In this document: positions 18,887 to 27,747 of the stretch, one piece after another | How positions within the stretch are numbered: position 1 is the stretch's first letter | Layout: each line of letters begins with the position of its first letter | Source of the DNA: Clostridia bacterium | Lineage (GTDB): Bacteria > Bacillota > Clostridia > Christensenellales > QALW01 | DNA length: 58,927 nt | Assembly (NCBI GenBank): GCA_045537705.1 | Contig: JAZSPY010000036.1 | Span: forward strand, 1 to 58,927 | Direction: 5' to 3' | Made by a program: the position numbers and the translations under genes | The notes under the pieces: model-generated | Databases searched by the model: none | What the model was told of the DNA's origin: nothing | Seen by the model: only the letters and a program-made list of their open reading frames with translations

Positions 18887-19924
18887 ATGAAAGCATTAAA
18901 ATTTGTTTCGGGCATTCTTTTATCAGTTATGGTTGCTCTCTTAGCCTGTTTTTTAGAAGGTTTACTGGAAAATCTTTTAAAAGTGCACGTAATCGGTAGC
19001 GCAGTTATTGCAATGTTTTTAGGTATGATTATAAATTCCTTTGTTAAAATGGATTTCTTTAATTCAGGAATTAAGTTTACATCTAAAAAACTATTAAAAT
19101 TTGCAATTATTCTTTTAGGGTTATCATTAAATATTAAAACTATATTGGACATTGGTCAAAAATCCCTTGTGGTTATGGTATTTACCCTTTTAACCTGCTT
19201 TGGCGGTGGCTATTTTATCGGTAAAGCATTAGGGCTTAATTGGAAACTTTCTAACTTAATCTCCGCAGGAACGGGTATTTGCGGTGGTTCTGCAATTGCT
19301 GCTATTGCCCCAACCATTGATGCAGATGATTCTGACGTTGCTTATGCTATGTCGGCAACCTTCCTTTTTGATATGGCGATGATTTTATTGTTTCCCATTA
19401 TGGGCAGGGCACTTGGTATGACGGATGAAGCCTTTGGTATCTGGGCAGGCACCGCGGTAAACGATACTTCTTCAGTTGTTGCAACAGGATATGCTTTTTC
19501 CGAAGGGGCAGGGGATTATGCCACAATGGTTAAATTAACCCGTACCCTTTCAATTATCCCAACGGTTATCGTATTTGCTTTTGTGCAGTTAAGATTAAAA
19601 AGAAAAGAGGCCTTATTAAATAATGAAAATGCTGAGGATTTAAAGGCAAACTTCAGTATTAAAAAGATTTTTCCTTGGTTTATCGTTGGCTTTTTATGTT
19701 TATCCCTTGTTGCAAGTGTTTTCCCAATTCCCGAAATTGCAGTTTCCGTTACTAAAAAAACAAGTAAGTTTATAATGGTTTGCGCACTTTCTGCAATAGG
19801 GCTTAATACTTCATTTGAAAACCTTAAAAAATCAGGTATCCGCCCAATGATACACGGGTTTATAATTTCTGCTTTAGTAGTTATCGTTGCACTTTTAGTT
19901 GAAATTTTTATGGGCATTGTTTAA
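18887..19924 (+). CDS. YeiH/UPF0324-family integral membrane protein (putative sulfate-exporter family)
   Basis: ATG 18887 follows ggaga and an upstream tgatataat (the track starts at 18779). The protein is polytopic and has the family-typical GICGGSAIAA motif. Confidence 0.7.
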   Translation: MKALKFVSGILLSVMVALLACFLEGLLENLLKVHVIGSAVIAMFLGMIINSFVKMDFFNSGIKFTSKKLLKFAIILLGLSLNIKTILDIGQKSLVVMVFTLLTCFGGGYFIGKALGLNWKLSNLISAGTGICGGSAIAAIAPTIDADDSDVAYAMSATFLFDMAMILLFPIMGRALGMTDEAFGIWAGTAVNDTSSVVATGYAFSEGAGDYATMVKLTRTLSIIPTVIVFAFVQLRLKRKEALLNNENAEDLKANFSIKKIFPWFIVGFLCLSLVASVFPIPEIAVSVTKKTSKFIMVCALSAIGLNTSFENLKKSGIRPMIHGFIISALVVIVALLVEIFMGIV

Positions 19925-19930
19925 ATAAAT

Positions 19931-19960
19931 AAGGAGTGAAAAATTTCACTCCTTTTTTTA
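19931..19960. terminator. Bidirectional terminator between convergent genes
   Basis: aaggagtgaaa-aa-tttcactcctt followed by ttttt. Confidence 0.8.
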
Positions 19961-22078
19961 TTTTAATTTATAAACCTGTATTCCGTTTTCATCATAAACC
20001 ATATCAGAAATGTTTCTTATACCAATTTCGTTTATGGTGTAACTGCCTCTTTCATCAGGGCCAACAACAATATAATCAACGCTGTGTTTTTTAAATAACT
20101 CTTGGCTGTTTTCAGGGTTAGAATACATCTGCCTTACTTCAGATTGTAATTTATTGTAATCAGGTAATCCGTGGGTTGAGAAGAACCAACCGCCACCGCA
20201 AACAACGCTTCTGCCGGTTAAACCGGTAATGGCGTTATTATAGCGGTCGTTTGTTAATAATACAGCATCGTCCTCGGTGTTTTCGTCAACCCATGCGGCA
20301 ACTTGTACCTGGGAAGAAGAAAACATTTCATATTCATCGGCAACGTACTCTCTGCCCATTGATAACGCGCCTGAAAGCACGCAGGCAATTAAAACTCCAA
20401 TTGCTAAAATTTCCCTGCCCCTTACACCTTTGAGTTTTTCGTAAACGGTTACCATATAATCGGCAACCACGCCAATTGCAAGCACAAAGGCAGGATAAAT
20501 GATTTTATTGTTATCGTAAACGTTAGGCTGAAGCGAGAACGTTTCGGCTAAAAGCATTAAAACTGCCATAGGTGCCACAACACTTAAATTGCGCTTGTTT
20601 GAACTAAATAACGCAGGAATAATTAAAAGTGCAGGCACGCCCATATTTTTAACATAAAACCAGAAATAACTGTCCTTAGAATTTATCCAGTTAAAGTGAG
20701 GTTCTAAAAAGCCTTCGCCTTGAGCCTGGCCAAAGGTAAAGGTAATAAGCTGGGGCAAGGCAAGAATAAGAACTATTATAAGGTATATACCCCAGGAGAA
20801 GAAGATTTCTTTAAATTTACCGTTAAGTAAATTTATTAAAATTAAGCCTGCATAAATAATCGCAATAATGATGCCGATAGCAGATAAAACGTTCATACCT
20901 GCTAAATCGTAATCCACGTTCATTATGGAATCGCCTGTATTTTTACAGGTGGAAATAAATATTATTGCACCCAGTAAAACAAGCCCTAACGCAATAAACA
21001 AAGCGTACTTTGGTTTGAACTTTGTTAAAACGTATAATCTTGTAAGCATCCATACTGCCGAAATTATACCAACTGCAAGGAAAATATGTGTGCTTATTAA
21101 AGGCGTAAGCCCAGCTAAAATACCTGCATAAATAAAGTTTTCGTTTTCCTTTAAGAAAACTGCTCTATATAATAAATAAAGTATAGCAAAAAGCATCATC
21201 CAACCAAACAAGGTTGCCCTTTGGGGTATCATCATATCGCAGAAGGTGTTTACCCAGCGAATCATATTGCCATCAAGATTGGTAGGTGTTTCGTAAAGTT
21301 TTTCAAAAATACGGGTAAAGTTATCTTCGTTAATCTTTAAGTTATCAAAGAAATACATAAACCCGAATCCACCGTTAAAGGCAAATAACACCCAGGCAAT
21401 CAATGCCTTAGCAAACTTTTTAAGCCAAAGGCGGAAAAACAGCATTGCGCCTAAATAAATATTAAACGCGCCTATAATTGTAGGTACGATATACGACCAT
21501 CTTAAAGAAGCGCCGAAAATATAAATAGACGAAGAAACCGTATCACTTAAAAAGGGATATGAAACTTGGTTCTGGGGTGCAATATTATAATAAAAAGGAA
21601 TAGTGCCTTGTTTAATAGGTGCGGTAATAAAACTTAAATGAATATGCACGTCAGCATAAGTGCTTTGCCCAAAAATCATTCCGCCCGTTTCAGAAGGCTG
21701 CATAATATGGCTGATTTCTACCAAAGCATAAAAAACAGTCATCAGAACAACGGGAATAAGGGTTAAAAGGTCATCTTTTGAAAAAGAATAATCAAAAGAT
21801 TTTAAGCTTGGTTTTTTTGCAATAAAGAAACTTAAAACGTTTAACCCCATTAAAAGCCCAAGGGCGATTAAATGGGAAGCAATATTAAAGCCCATAATAA
21901 AGGAAACGGCAACAGGCAACCACATTAAAAGAACAGTGCCTGAAACTGTACCTAACAGTATCCTTGTTAAAAAGGAAAGTTTTTTAAACAGATTATTTGA
22001 AATAAAAATTCCCGATATAATAAATAAGGTAAAATAAAGGAAACCCATAAGGTTTCCTAAAAATGTGCCATTAAACAT
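19958..22078 (-). CDS. Large polytopic membrane protein with a C-terminal extracytoplasmic domain, possibly a GT-C-fold (PMT/ArnT-like) glycosyltransferase
   Basis: About 706 aa with at least 12 predicted TM helices and a soluble tail of roughly 130 aa. The ATG at 22078 lies 9 nt after AAGGA (the track start is TTG 22087). The gene begins about 20 nt after the dnaA stop codon. The family assignment is a guess from architecture. Confidence 0.4.
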   Translation of the reverse strand: MFNGTFLGNLMGFLYFTLFIISGIFISNNLFKKLSFLTRILLGTVSGTVLLMWLPVAVSFIMGFNIASHLIALGLLMGLNVLSFFIAKKPSLKSFDYSFSKDDLLTLIPVVLMTVFYALVEISHIMQPSETGGMIFGQSTYADVHIHLSFITAPIKQGTIPFYYNIAPQNQVSYPFLSDTVSSSIYIFGASLRWSYIVPTIIGAFNIYLGAMLFFRLWLKKFAKALIAWVLFAFNGGFGFMYFFDNLKINEDNFTRIFEKLYETPTNLDGNMIRWVNTFCDMMIPQRATLFGWMMLFAILYLLYRAVFLKENENFIYAGILAGLTPLISTHIFLAVGIISAVWMLTRLYVLTKFKPKYALFIALGLVLLGAIIFISTCKNTGDSIMNVDYDLAGMNVLSAIGIIIAIIYAGLILINLLNGKFKEIFFSWGIYLIIVLILALPQLITFTFGQAQGEGFLEPHFNWINSKDSYFWFYVKNMGVPALLIIPALFSSNKRNLSVVAPMAVLMLLAETFSLQPNVYDNNKIIYPAFVLAIGVVADYMVTVYEKLKGVRGREILAIGVLIACVLSGALSMGREYVADEYEMFSSSQVQVAAWVDENTEDDAVLLTNDRYNNAITGLTGRSVVCGGGWFFSTHGLPDYNKLQSEVRQMYSNPENSQELFKKHSVDYIVVGPDERGSYTINEIGIRNISDMVYDENGIQVYKLK

Positions 22079-22097
22079 AAAAATCAATCCTTAAAAT

Positions 22098-23435
22098 TTA
22101 TTCGCCCTTTAAACGCATTGTAATATCTTCAATGCAGTTTTTAACTTCAATATCAGTTTTAAGGGCGGTACGTATCTTTCCGATACCGTTAATTATTGTT
22201 GCATGGTCGCGGCCGTTAAACTCATCACCAATACGCTTGTTTGAAAGTGAAGTAAGTTCACGGCAAAGATAATATGCAATATGCCTTGGCTGAACAATGG
22301 GTTTATCACGCCTTGGGCCAAGAATATCTTCGGCAGTAATGTTAAAGTATTCGGCAACTGTTGAAATTATCATTTCAGGTGTGCAATGCTTTTGAATTTC
22401 TGCGTTATAATCTTTTAAAACCTTGCCTGCAAGTTCCATTGAAATGCTTTGCCCGGTTGTTGAAGCAAAAACAGAAATACGTTTTAATGCACCTTCAAGT
22501 TCACGAACGTTATCACTGGCTCTTTCTGCAATAAACAGTATAATGTTATCATCAAGATTAATACCATCCATCTCAGCTTTCTTTCTTAAGATAGCGGCAC
22601 GGGTTTCAAGGTCAGGCGGGGTAATATCCACCAGTAAGCCACCTTCAAAGCGTGAACAAAGCCTGTCCGAAAGGGTTTGTATGCTCTTGGGTGGGCGGTC
22701 ACTTGAAAGAATAATCTGCTTGTTTGAAGCAAAAAGATCGTTGATATTATGGAAGATTTCTTCCTGTGTATGTTCTTTTTTAGTTAAAAACTGAACGTCA
22801 TCAATCATCAACACGTCAACATTTTCGCGGAACTTATCCCTGAAAGCATCAATCTGATGCTTGGAAACAGCACGGATATATTCGTTGGTGTATTTTTCAC
22901 AAGTTATGTAAAGAACCTTTTTATCGGGATCATTTTGTAAAATGTGGTTACCGATGGCGTGCATAAGGTGTGTTTTACCAACGCCAACGCCACCGTAAAT
23001 AAATAAGGGGTTGTTGATGGTTGCAGGTGCTTCTGCTACGCTTAATGCTGCAGCGTGGGCGAATTGGTTACCTGAACCTATAACAAAGTTTTCAAAGGTA
23101 TATCTTTCGTTAAGCATAGGATAGGGGATAGTTGTTTTTTGTTCTAAAGTAGTATCAACAACGGAAGCTGCTTCACTTTCTAAAACAAGAACAACGTCAG
23201 CACCCGGAGAATCAAGCACAATGTTAAGTGCTGAAACTAAAAATGCATGCATCATAGTAGCGGTCATCAAATGGCGCCTTTGCATATCTGAAGCCGCTAT
23301 AAGATATAACGTATTATTCTTAAAGGTAAGAGGTTTTAACGTTGCAATGAACGTTCTATATGAAATAGGGCTTATTTCTTGTGGTGATTGTTCAATTATA
23401 TGGCAAACTTTTTGAAAAAGTTCTGCTGCATCCAT
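22098..23435 (-). CDS. dnaA: Chromosomal replication initiator protein DnaA
   Basis: Walker A GGVGVGKTHL, Walker B LMIDDVQF, sensor and box VII regions, and a C-terminal DNA-binding helix region (RHIAYYLCRELT...GRDHATI). Confidence 0.95.
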   Translation of the reverse strand: MDAAELFQKVCHIIEQSPQEISPISYRTFIATLKPLTFKNNTLYLIAASDMQRRHLMTATMMHAFLVSALNIVLDSPGADVVLVLESEAASVVDTTLEQKTTIPYPMLNERYTFENFVIGSGNQFAHAAALSVAEAPATINNPLFIYGGVGVGKTHLMHAIGNHILQNDPDKKVLYITCEKYTNEYIRAVSKHQIDAFRDKFRENVDVLMIDDVQFLTKKEHTQEEIFHNINDLFASNKQIILSSDRPPKSIQTLSDRLCSRFEGGLLVDITPPDLETRAAILRKKAEMDGINLDDNIILFIAERASDNVRELEGALKRISVFASTTGQSISMELAGKVLKDYNAEIQKHCTPEMIISTVAEYFNITAEDILGPRRDKPIVQPRHIAYYLCRELTSLSNKRIGDEFNGRDHATIINGIGKIRTALKTDIEVKNCIEDITMRLKGE

Positions 23436-23540
23436 TAAAATTTCCTCCTTCCTTATTTTTTGCGGGTGCGATTATAATAACACAAAACAAAACTTTTATC
23501 AACAAAAAAAAGACAACTTTTTTAAAAATTTTTTCAAAAT

Positions 23541-23549
23541 TGTGGATAA
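23541..23549. promoter_or_regulatory. Perfect DnaA box (TGTGGATAA, equivalent to TTATCCACA)
   Basis: This is the only perfect 9-mer I found by eye in the dnaA-rpmH spacer. A one-mismatch box TTATCAACA is at 23496-23504, and a two-mismatch box TGTGGTGGA is at 23572-23580. Confidence 0.7.
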
Positions 23550-23633
23550 CTTTTTTTAGCATACAATATGTTGTGGTGGACCAAAAAACAGGTAATTTTT
23601 TTGTACTTATCAATTGATATTTGAAATTTTCAT

Positions 23634-23662
23634 TTGACACTTTTGCTTCTTTACACTATAAT
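23634..23662 (+). promoter_or_regulatory. Consensus SigA promoter of rpmH-rnpA
   Basis: TTGACA (23634-23639), 17 nt, TATAAT (23657-23662). Confidence 0.75.
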
Positions 23663-23730
23663 GAAATGGCTAATGTGCATTAATATGTAAATTTGCGCCC
23701 TTATGGGCGATTATGAAAGGATGAATAAAA

Positions 23731-23865
23731 ATGTTACGCACTTATCAACCTAACAGACGTAAAAGAAAAAAGGTACACGGCTTCCGTGAAAGAATGAAGA
23801 CCAAGAACGGCAGAAACGTTCTTCAGAGACGTCGTCGCAGAGGCAGAAAAGTACTCAGCGCTTAA
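23731..23865 (+). CDS. rpmH: 50S ribosomal protein L34. It is absent from the ORF track because it is under 60 aa.
   Basis: Translates to [44 protein letters not shown], the canonical L34 sequence. RBS aaagga upstream. Confidence 0.95.
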   Translation: MLRTYQPNRRKRKKVHGFRERMKTKNGRNVLQRRRRRGRKVLSA

Positions 23866-23880
23866 CTAGGAGGTGTCCTC

Positions 23881-24225
23881 TTGAAAAAACAGGATATGCT
23901 TAAAAAAAATAAAGAGTTCCGTTACGTTGTTTCAAGGGGTAAATCCTATCAGGCACCTAATATGGTGCTTGTTTGCGCAAAATCACGGGCAGGTGTTAAA
24001 GTTGGGTTTTCGGTAAGCTCAAAATTAGGTAATGCCGTTGTCCGTAACAGAACAAAACGAATAATGCGTGGGGGGCTTACGCCCTTAATGCCTGTTCTAA
24101 ATCAGGATAAATGGTATTTCTTTATTGCAAGAAAGGGTCTTATAGGCAAGACAAGCACTTTTTGCTATGAAGAAATGCGTTCGCTTTTACAAAAGGCAGG
24201 GTTATTAAATGAAGAATCCTGTTAA
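23881..24225 (+). CDS. rnpA: Ribonuclease P protein component
   Basis: TTG start after taggaggtg. The protein is small and basic with the [13 protein letters not shown] motif, and the gene sits directly after rpmH. Confidence 0.9.
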   Translation: MKKQDMLKKNKEFRYVVSRGKSYQAPNMVLVCAKSRAGVKVGFSVSSKLGNAVVRNRTKRIMRGGLTPLMPVLNQDKWYFFIARKGLIGKTSTFCYEEMRSLLQKAGLLNEESC

Positions 24226-24457
24226 ACTTTTGTGTTTATGGCTTTTAAAAATGTATAAAAAACATATATCGCCAAGTTTACCCCCTGCGTGCAGATTTGT
24301 TCCAACGTGCTCCGAATACGCTTATACCGCCATTGAAAGATTCGGCGTTATAAAAGGCGGGGCGCTTTCGTTGTGGCGGTTAATCCGTTGCAACCCTTTT
24401 TGCAAAGGCGGGTACGACCCTGTACCTGAAAAATTAAGACAGGAGAAAACCAAGTGA
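24209..24457 (+). CDS. yidD: Membrane protein insertion efficiency factor YidD
   Basis: CRF(V)PTCSEYA motif, positioned between rnpA and yidC. Confidence 0.9.
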   Translation: MKNPVKLLCLWLLKMYKKHISPSLPPACRFVPTCSEYAYTAIERFGVIKGGALSLWRLIRCNPFCKGGYDPVPEKLRQEKTK

Positions 24458-25476
24458 ATTTTATCAGTGAAATTTTAGGATCCGTTTTTGAATGGATCAA
24501 TGGTTTTACCCATAACTATGGTTTTTCTATTATCCTGTTTACCATAATGTTTAGGCTTGTGCTTTTGCCATTTGATATCCGCAGCCGTGTAGGCCAGCGT
24601 GAATATACAATGAAGCTTAAAAAGATTCAGCCAGAACTTGATATGATAAACAAGGCATATAAGAATAATCCTGAAAAAGCATCACAGATGGCAATGGAAG
24701 TAAGGAAACGCGAAGGTATCGGTATGATGCCAAAGGGTTGTGGAACAATGCTTCTTACTTACCCCATTTTAATTGCGTTCTTTGCAGTTTTCCGTAATAT
24801 TGCCGCTGAAAAAATAGTTGAACTTTCAACCTTAACTGATGTTACAGCCATTAACAATTGGTTTGATACAAACAGCTTTTTATGGGTAAAAAATATCTGG
24901 CAGCCTGACGTTTTCTTTAACTTCAGTGATACCTGGGGTTTAAGAACACTTTGGATAATTAAAAACATTGATGGCCATATAGTTCCTGCAACGCTTGATC
25001 CGGATTTAATTGCAAACGTTATGAATACTCTTCAGGCAAACTTACAATCTGCTTTTAAAAATGGATTGTTGCAAGAAATTGCTAGTGGTTATAATGCTGA
25101 AAGCCTTGAAACTTTTGCTTCCGGCGTTTTTGCAGGTTTGCAGAACGTTATGCAGATTGCAAACGTTTCTGAATACGGAAACGGTTTTTATATTCTTCCG
25201 TTGCTTGCAGGTGCAGTACAGGTGTTAAGCCTTAAATTTTCAGGCCAACAACAGCAACCTCAGGGCACAGATATGCAGGCACAGCAAGCGGCTTCAACAG
25301 GTAAGTTTATGCAAATATTCTTCCCATTGATGTTCGTATATTTCTGTCTTATTTCATCAACTGCGTTAGCTATTTATTGGGTAACTTCAAGCCTTTGCAT
25401 GATTCTGGCAAACTATGTTATCAACAAGGTACTTGATGCCAGGGATAAGAAAAAAGAAGCTGAAGGAGAAAAATAA
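24454..25476 (+). CDS. yidC: Membrane protein insertase YidC/SpoIIIJ family
   Basis: GTG start after aggaga. Multi-TM 60-kDa-insertase core with a basic C-terminal tail, in conserved synteny. Confidence 0.88.
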   Translation: MNFISEILGSVFEWINGFTHNYGFSIILFTIMFRLVLLPFDIRSRVGQREYTMKLKKIQPELDMINKAYKNNPEKASQMAMEVRKREGIGMMPKGCGTMLLTYPILIAFFAVFRNIAAEKIVELSTLTDVTAINNWFDTNSFLWVKNIWQPDVFFNFSDTWGLRTLWIIKNIDGHIVPATLDPDLIANVMNTLQANLQSAFKNGLLQEIASGYNAESLETFASGVFAGLQNVMQIANVSEYGNGFYILPLLAGAVQVLSLKFSGQQQQPQGTDMQAQQAASTGKFMQIFFPLMFVYFCLISSTALAIYWVTSSLCMILANYVINKVLDARDKKKEAEGEK

Positions 25477-26237
25477 TGGCAAGAGTTATTGAAATGGAAG
25501 GTAAAACCATTGATGAAGCTCTTTATCTTGGTCTTGACCAGCTTAAACTTACCATTGATGAAGTTGAGATGGAAGTTGTTGATTATGGTCAAAAAGGTTT
25601 TATGGGTATCGGCTATAAGCCCGTTAAGGTTAGGTTAACCGAAAGGGAAGAAGCCGTTGTTCCTGATTTTATTCTTAATAAGGATAAGGAAAAGGCACCC
25701 CGTAAAGAAAAACGCGAAAAACCAAGAAAAGAAAAGAAAGTTGAAACTAACGAAGAAGTTAAAGGTGAATATTTCCCCGAAGGAACTGAGTTTGTTGAAA
25801 ACGAAGTTACTGAATTTTTGAAGGGACTTATGGACCACGTTGGTATTGAAGATGGCACAGTTAAAGCTGCAAATACCGATAACGGCTTACTTGTTAATCT
25901 GACTGGTAAAGATATGGGAACTTTAATCGGCAGAAGGGGCGAAACCCTTGATGCAGTTCAGTATCTTGCATCCTTAGTTTATAATAAGGATAAAGATGAT
26001 TATCACCGTGTTACCGTTGACACTGAAAACTATCGTAAAAAAAGAGAAAATACACTTATAAGGCTTGCTAAAAAGAAAGCAGGTCAGGTGGTTAAAACAG
26101 GCAGAAAAGTAGTGCTTGAACCAATGAGCCCCTTTGAAAGAAGAATCATTCACTTTGCACTTCAAAATGATAAATACGTTACAACGTATTCTGAAGGTGA
26201 AGAACCTAACCGCCATATCGTAATTGATAAAAAGTAA
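25476..26237 (+). CDS. jag: Jag/KhpB RNA-binding protein (Jag_N, KH and R3H domains)
   Basis: The start overlaps the yidC stop codon (TAATG). It has a K/E-rich linker and a C-terminal R3H region (EPMSPFERRIIH). Confidence 0.88.
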   Translation: MARVIEMEGKTIDEALYLGLDQLKLTIDEVEMEVVDYGQKGFMGIGYKPVKVRLTEREEAVVPDFILNKDKEKAPRKEKREKPRKEKKVETNEEVKGEYFPEGTEFVENEVTEFLKGLMDHVGIEDGTVKAANTDNGLLVNLTGKDMGTLIGRRGETLDAVQYLASLVYNKDKDDYHRVTVDTENYRKKRENTLIRLAKKKAGQVVKTGRKVVLEPMSPFERRIIHFALQNDKYVTTYSEGEEPNRHIVIDKK

Positions 26238-26242
26238 TTTTA

Positions 26243-26276
26243 AAGAACACTTCTGAAAAAGAAGTGTTCTTTTTTT
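26243..26276 (+). terminator. Intrinsic terminator after jag
   Basis: aagaacacttc-tgaaaaa-gaagtgttctt followed by ttttt. Confidence 0.85.
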
Positions 26277-26338
26277 GATATTGACTTATAAATTACTTCG
26301 TTGTAAAATTAAAATATATTAAAAAAGGGGCAGAAAAT

Positions 26339-27148
26339 ATGCTTTTAAGCAGAAATTCACAAGGCAGGGGCAAAGAATATTACCGGATGCTTTTTAAAGC
26401 AGGCTGGCAGGCGGTTGATATAAACGAAACCCTTGATAAAGATATATTTTTAAAAAGTGAAAAAGAGCAGGAAGATTATATTAAGCAAACGCTTGAATAT
26501 ATAAATTCTGCAGGGTTAAAGGTTAGCCAATGCCACGGACCAATGACTGAACCCATAAAAGACAAAACGGAAGAAGAATTAAACAATTTAGTTTTAAGTA
26601 TTGTAAACTGTGGTAAAACGGTGGGCAAGTTTGGGATTCCTTATATGGTGGTGCATCCCTTCATTTATGATTGGGCAACGGATGATCCTGATAAAGAAAA
26701 AACATTGCAGTTTAATATTGAATATCTTAAAACGGTAGTTGAAAATGCGAAGGGAACAACTGTGTGCTTGGAAAATATGCCCGGATACCGCGCAGTAACG
26801 CCTTTTCCTGAAAACGTAAAATATTTTTTAGATAACGTTCCCGGGCTTTTAGCGTGCTTAGATACAGGCCACGCCGTTTGCAATGGTAAACAAGCAAGAG
26901 ATTTTTTTATGGTTTTAGGGGATAAAATTAAGTGTATGCATATCCACGATTCTATTGCAGGCACAGACCTTCACGCGTTGCCCTATTCTAATCAGGTTGA
27001 CTGGCAGGATTTTAAACAGGCAATAAAAGAATATAACTATCAGGGTAACATAAACAGTGAAAGTAATTTTTCTTTTAAAATGCCTGATGAAGATCGCTTA
27101 CAATGGGAAAAAATTGAAGTAACCGTTTACAAAAACTTATTAAAATAA
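26339..27148 (+). CDS. Sugar phosphate isomerase/epimerase (xylose-isomerase-like TIM barrel)
   Basis: 269 aa with RBS aaagggg. Metal-ligand pattern VHP...LEN...DTGH...HIHD is typical of the family. Confidence 0.65.
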   Translation: MLLSRNSQGRGKEYYRMLFKAGWQAVDINETLDKDIFLKSEKEQEDYIKQTLEYINSAGLKVSQCHGPMTEPIKDKTEEELNNLVLSIVNCGKTVGKFGIPYMVVHPFIYDWATDDPDKEKTLQFNIEYLKTVVENAKGTTVCLENMPGYRAVTPFPENVKYFLDNVPGLLACLDTGHAVCNGKQARDFFMVLGDKIKCMHIHDSIAGTDLHALPYSNQVDWQDFKQAIKEYNYQGNINSESNFSFKMPDEDRLQWEKIEVTVYKNLLK

Positions 27149-27178
27149 AAAAAGACACCTGTTTTTAGGTGTCTTTTA
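27147..27178. terminator. Bidirectional terminator
   Basis: aaaaaagacacct-gttttt-aggtgtctttt. Confidence 0.85.
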
Positions 27179-27182
27179 ATTT

Positions 27183-27620
27183 TTACTTGCAAAGATCAGC
27201 AACAATCTGATTGATAAGCTTACCATCAGCCTTGCCCTTTAACTGACCCATAGCGGTACGCATAATCATACCTTTGTTTTTCTGTTCAATTAATTCTTGA
27301 CAGTTGGCTTTTAAGAAAGCGATGATTTCTTCTTCACTCATTAACTTTGGCGCAAAGGCTTCAACCGCTTTAAGCTTTTGTGTGTATTCTTCAAGTAAAT
27401 CAGTGCGTTCAGCGGGGCAGGTATCAACCTGTTCTTTTAAAGATTTAACTTCCTTTAAAATAACACGGTCAACAAGTTCTTCAGGAATGTTATCCCTAAC
27501 ACCTTCATCAATAGCAACGCGCTTAATTGCGGCAATTAAAGAAGAAACCGCATCCTTTTTAATCTTATCTTTTGCCTTCATAGCGGCAATCATTTCTTTT
27601 TGAAGCATTTCAAACTGCAT
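27183..27620 (-). CDS. yqeY: GatB/YqeY-domain protein
   Basis: ATG 27620 follows GGAGAG (the track starts at 27716). The 145-aa product has the MQFEMLQKEMIAAMKAKDK... signature typical of YqeY. Confidence 0.85.
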   Translation of the reverse strand: MQFEMLQKEMIAAMKAKDKIKKDAVSSLIAAIKRVAIDEGVRDNIPEELVDRVILKEVKSLKEQVDTCPAERTDLLEEYTQKLKAVEAFAPKLMSEEEIIAFLKANCQELIEQKNKGMIMRTAMGQLKGKADGKLINQIVADLCK

Positions 27621-27747
27621 AATATCTCTCCTTAAAAGGTTATTTTTAATAATTATATTATTATATTTAATTTTAGTCAATAAACTAATTGCAAAATTTT
27701 CTTCTTTTTGATACAATATACATAATATTTTAATTAGGGTGTTTTTT

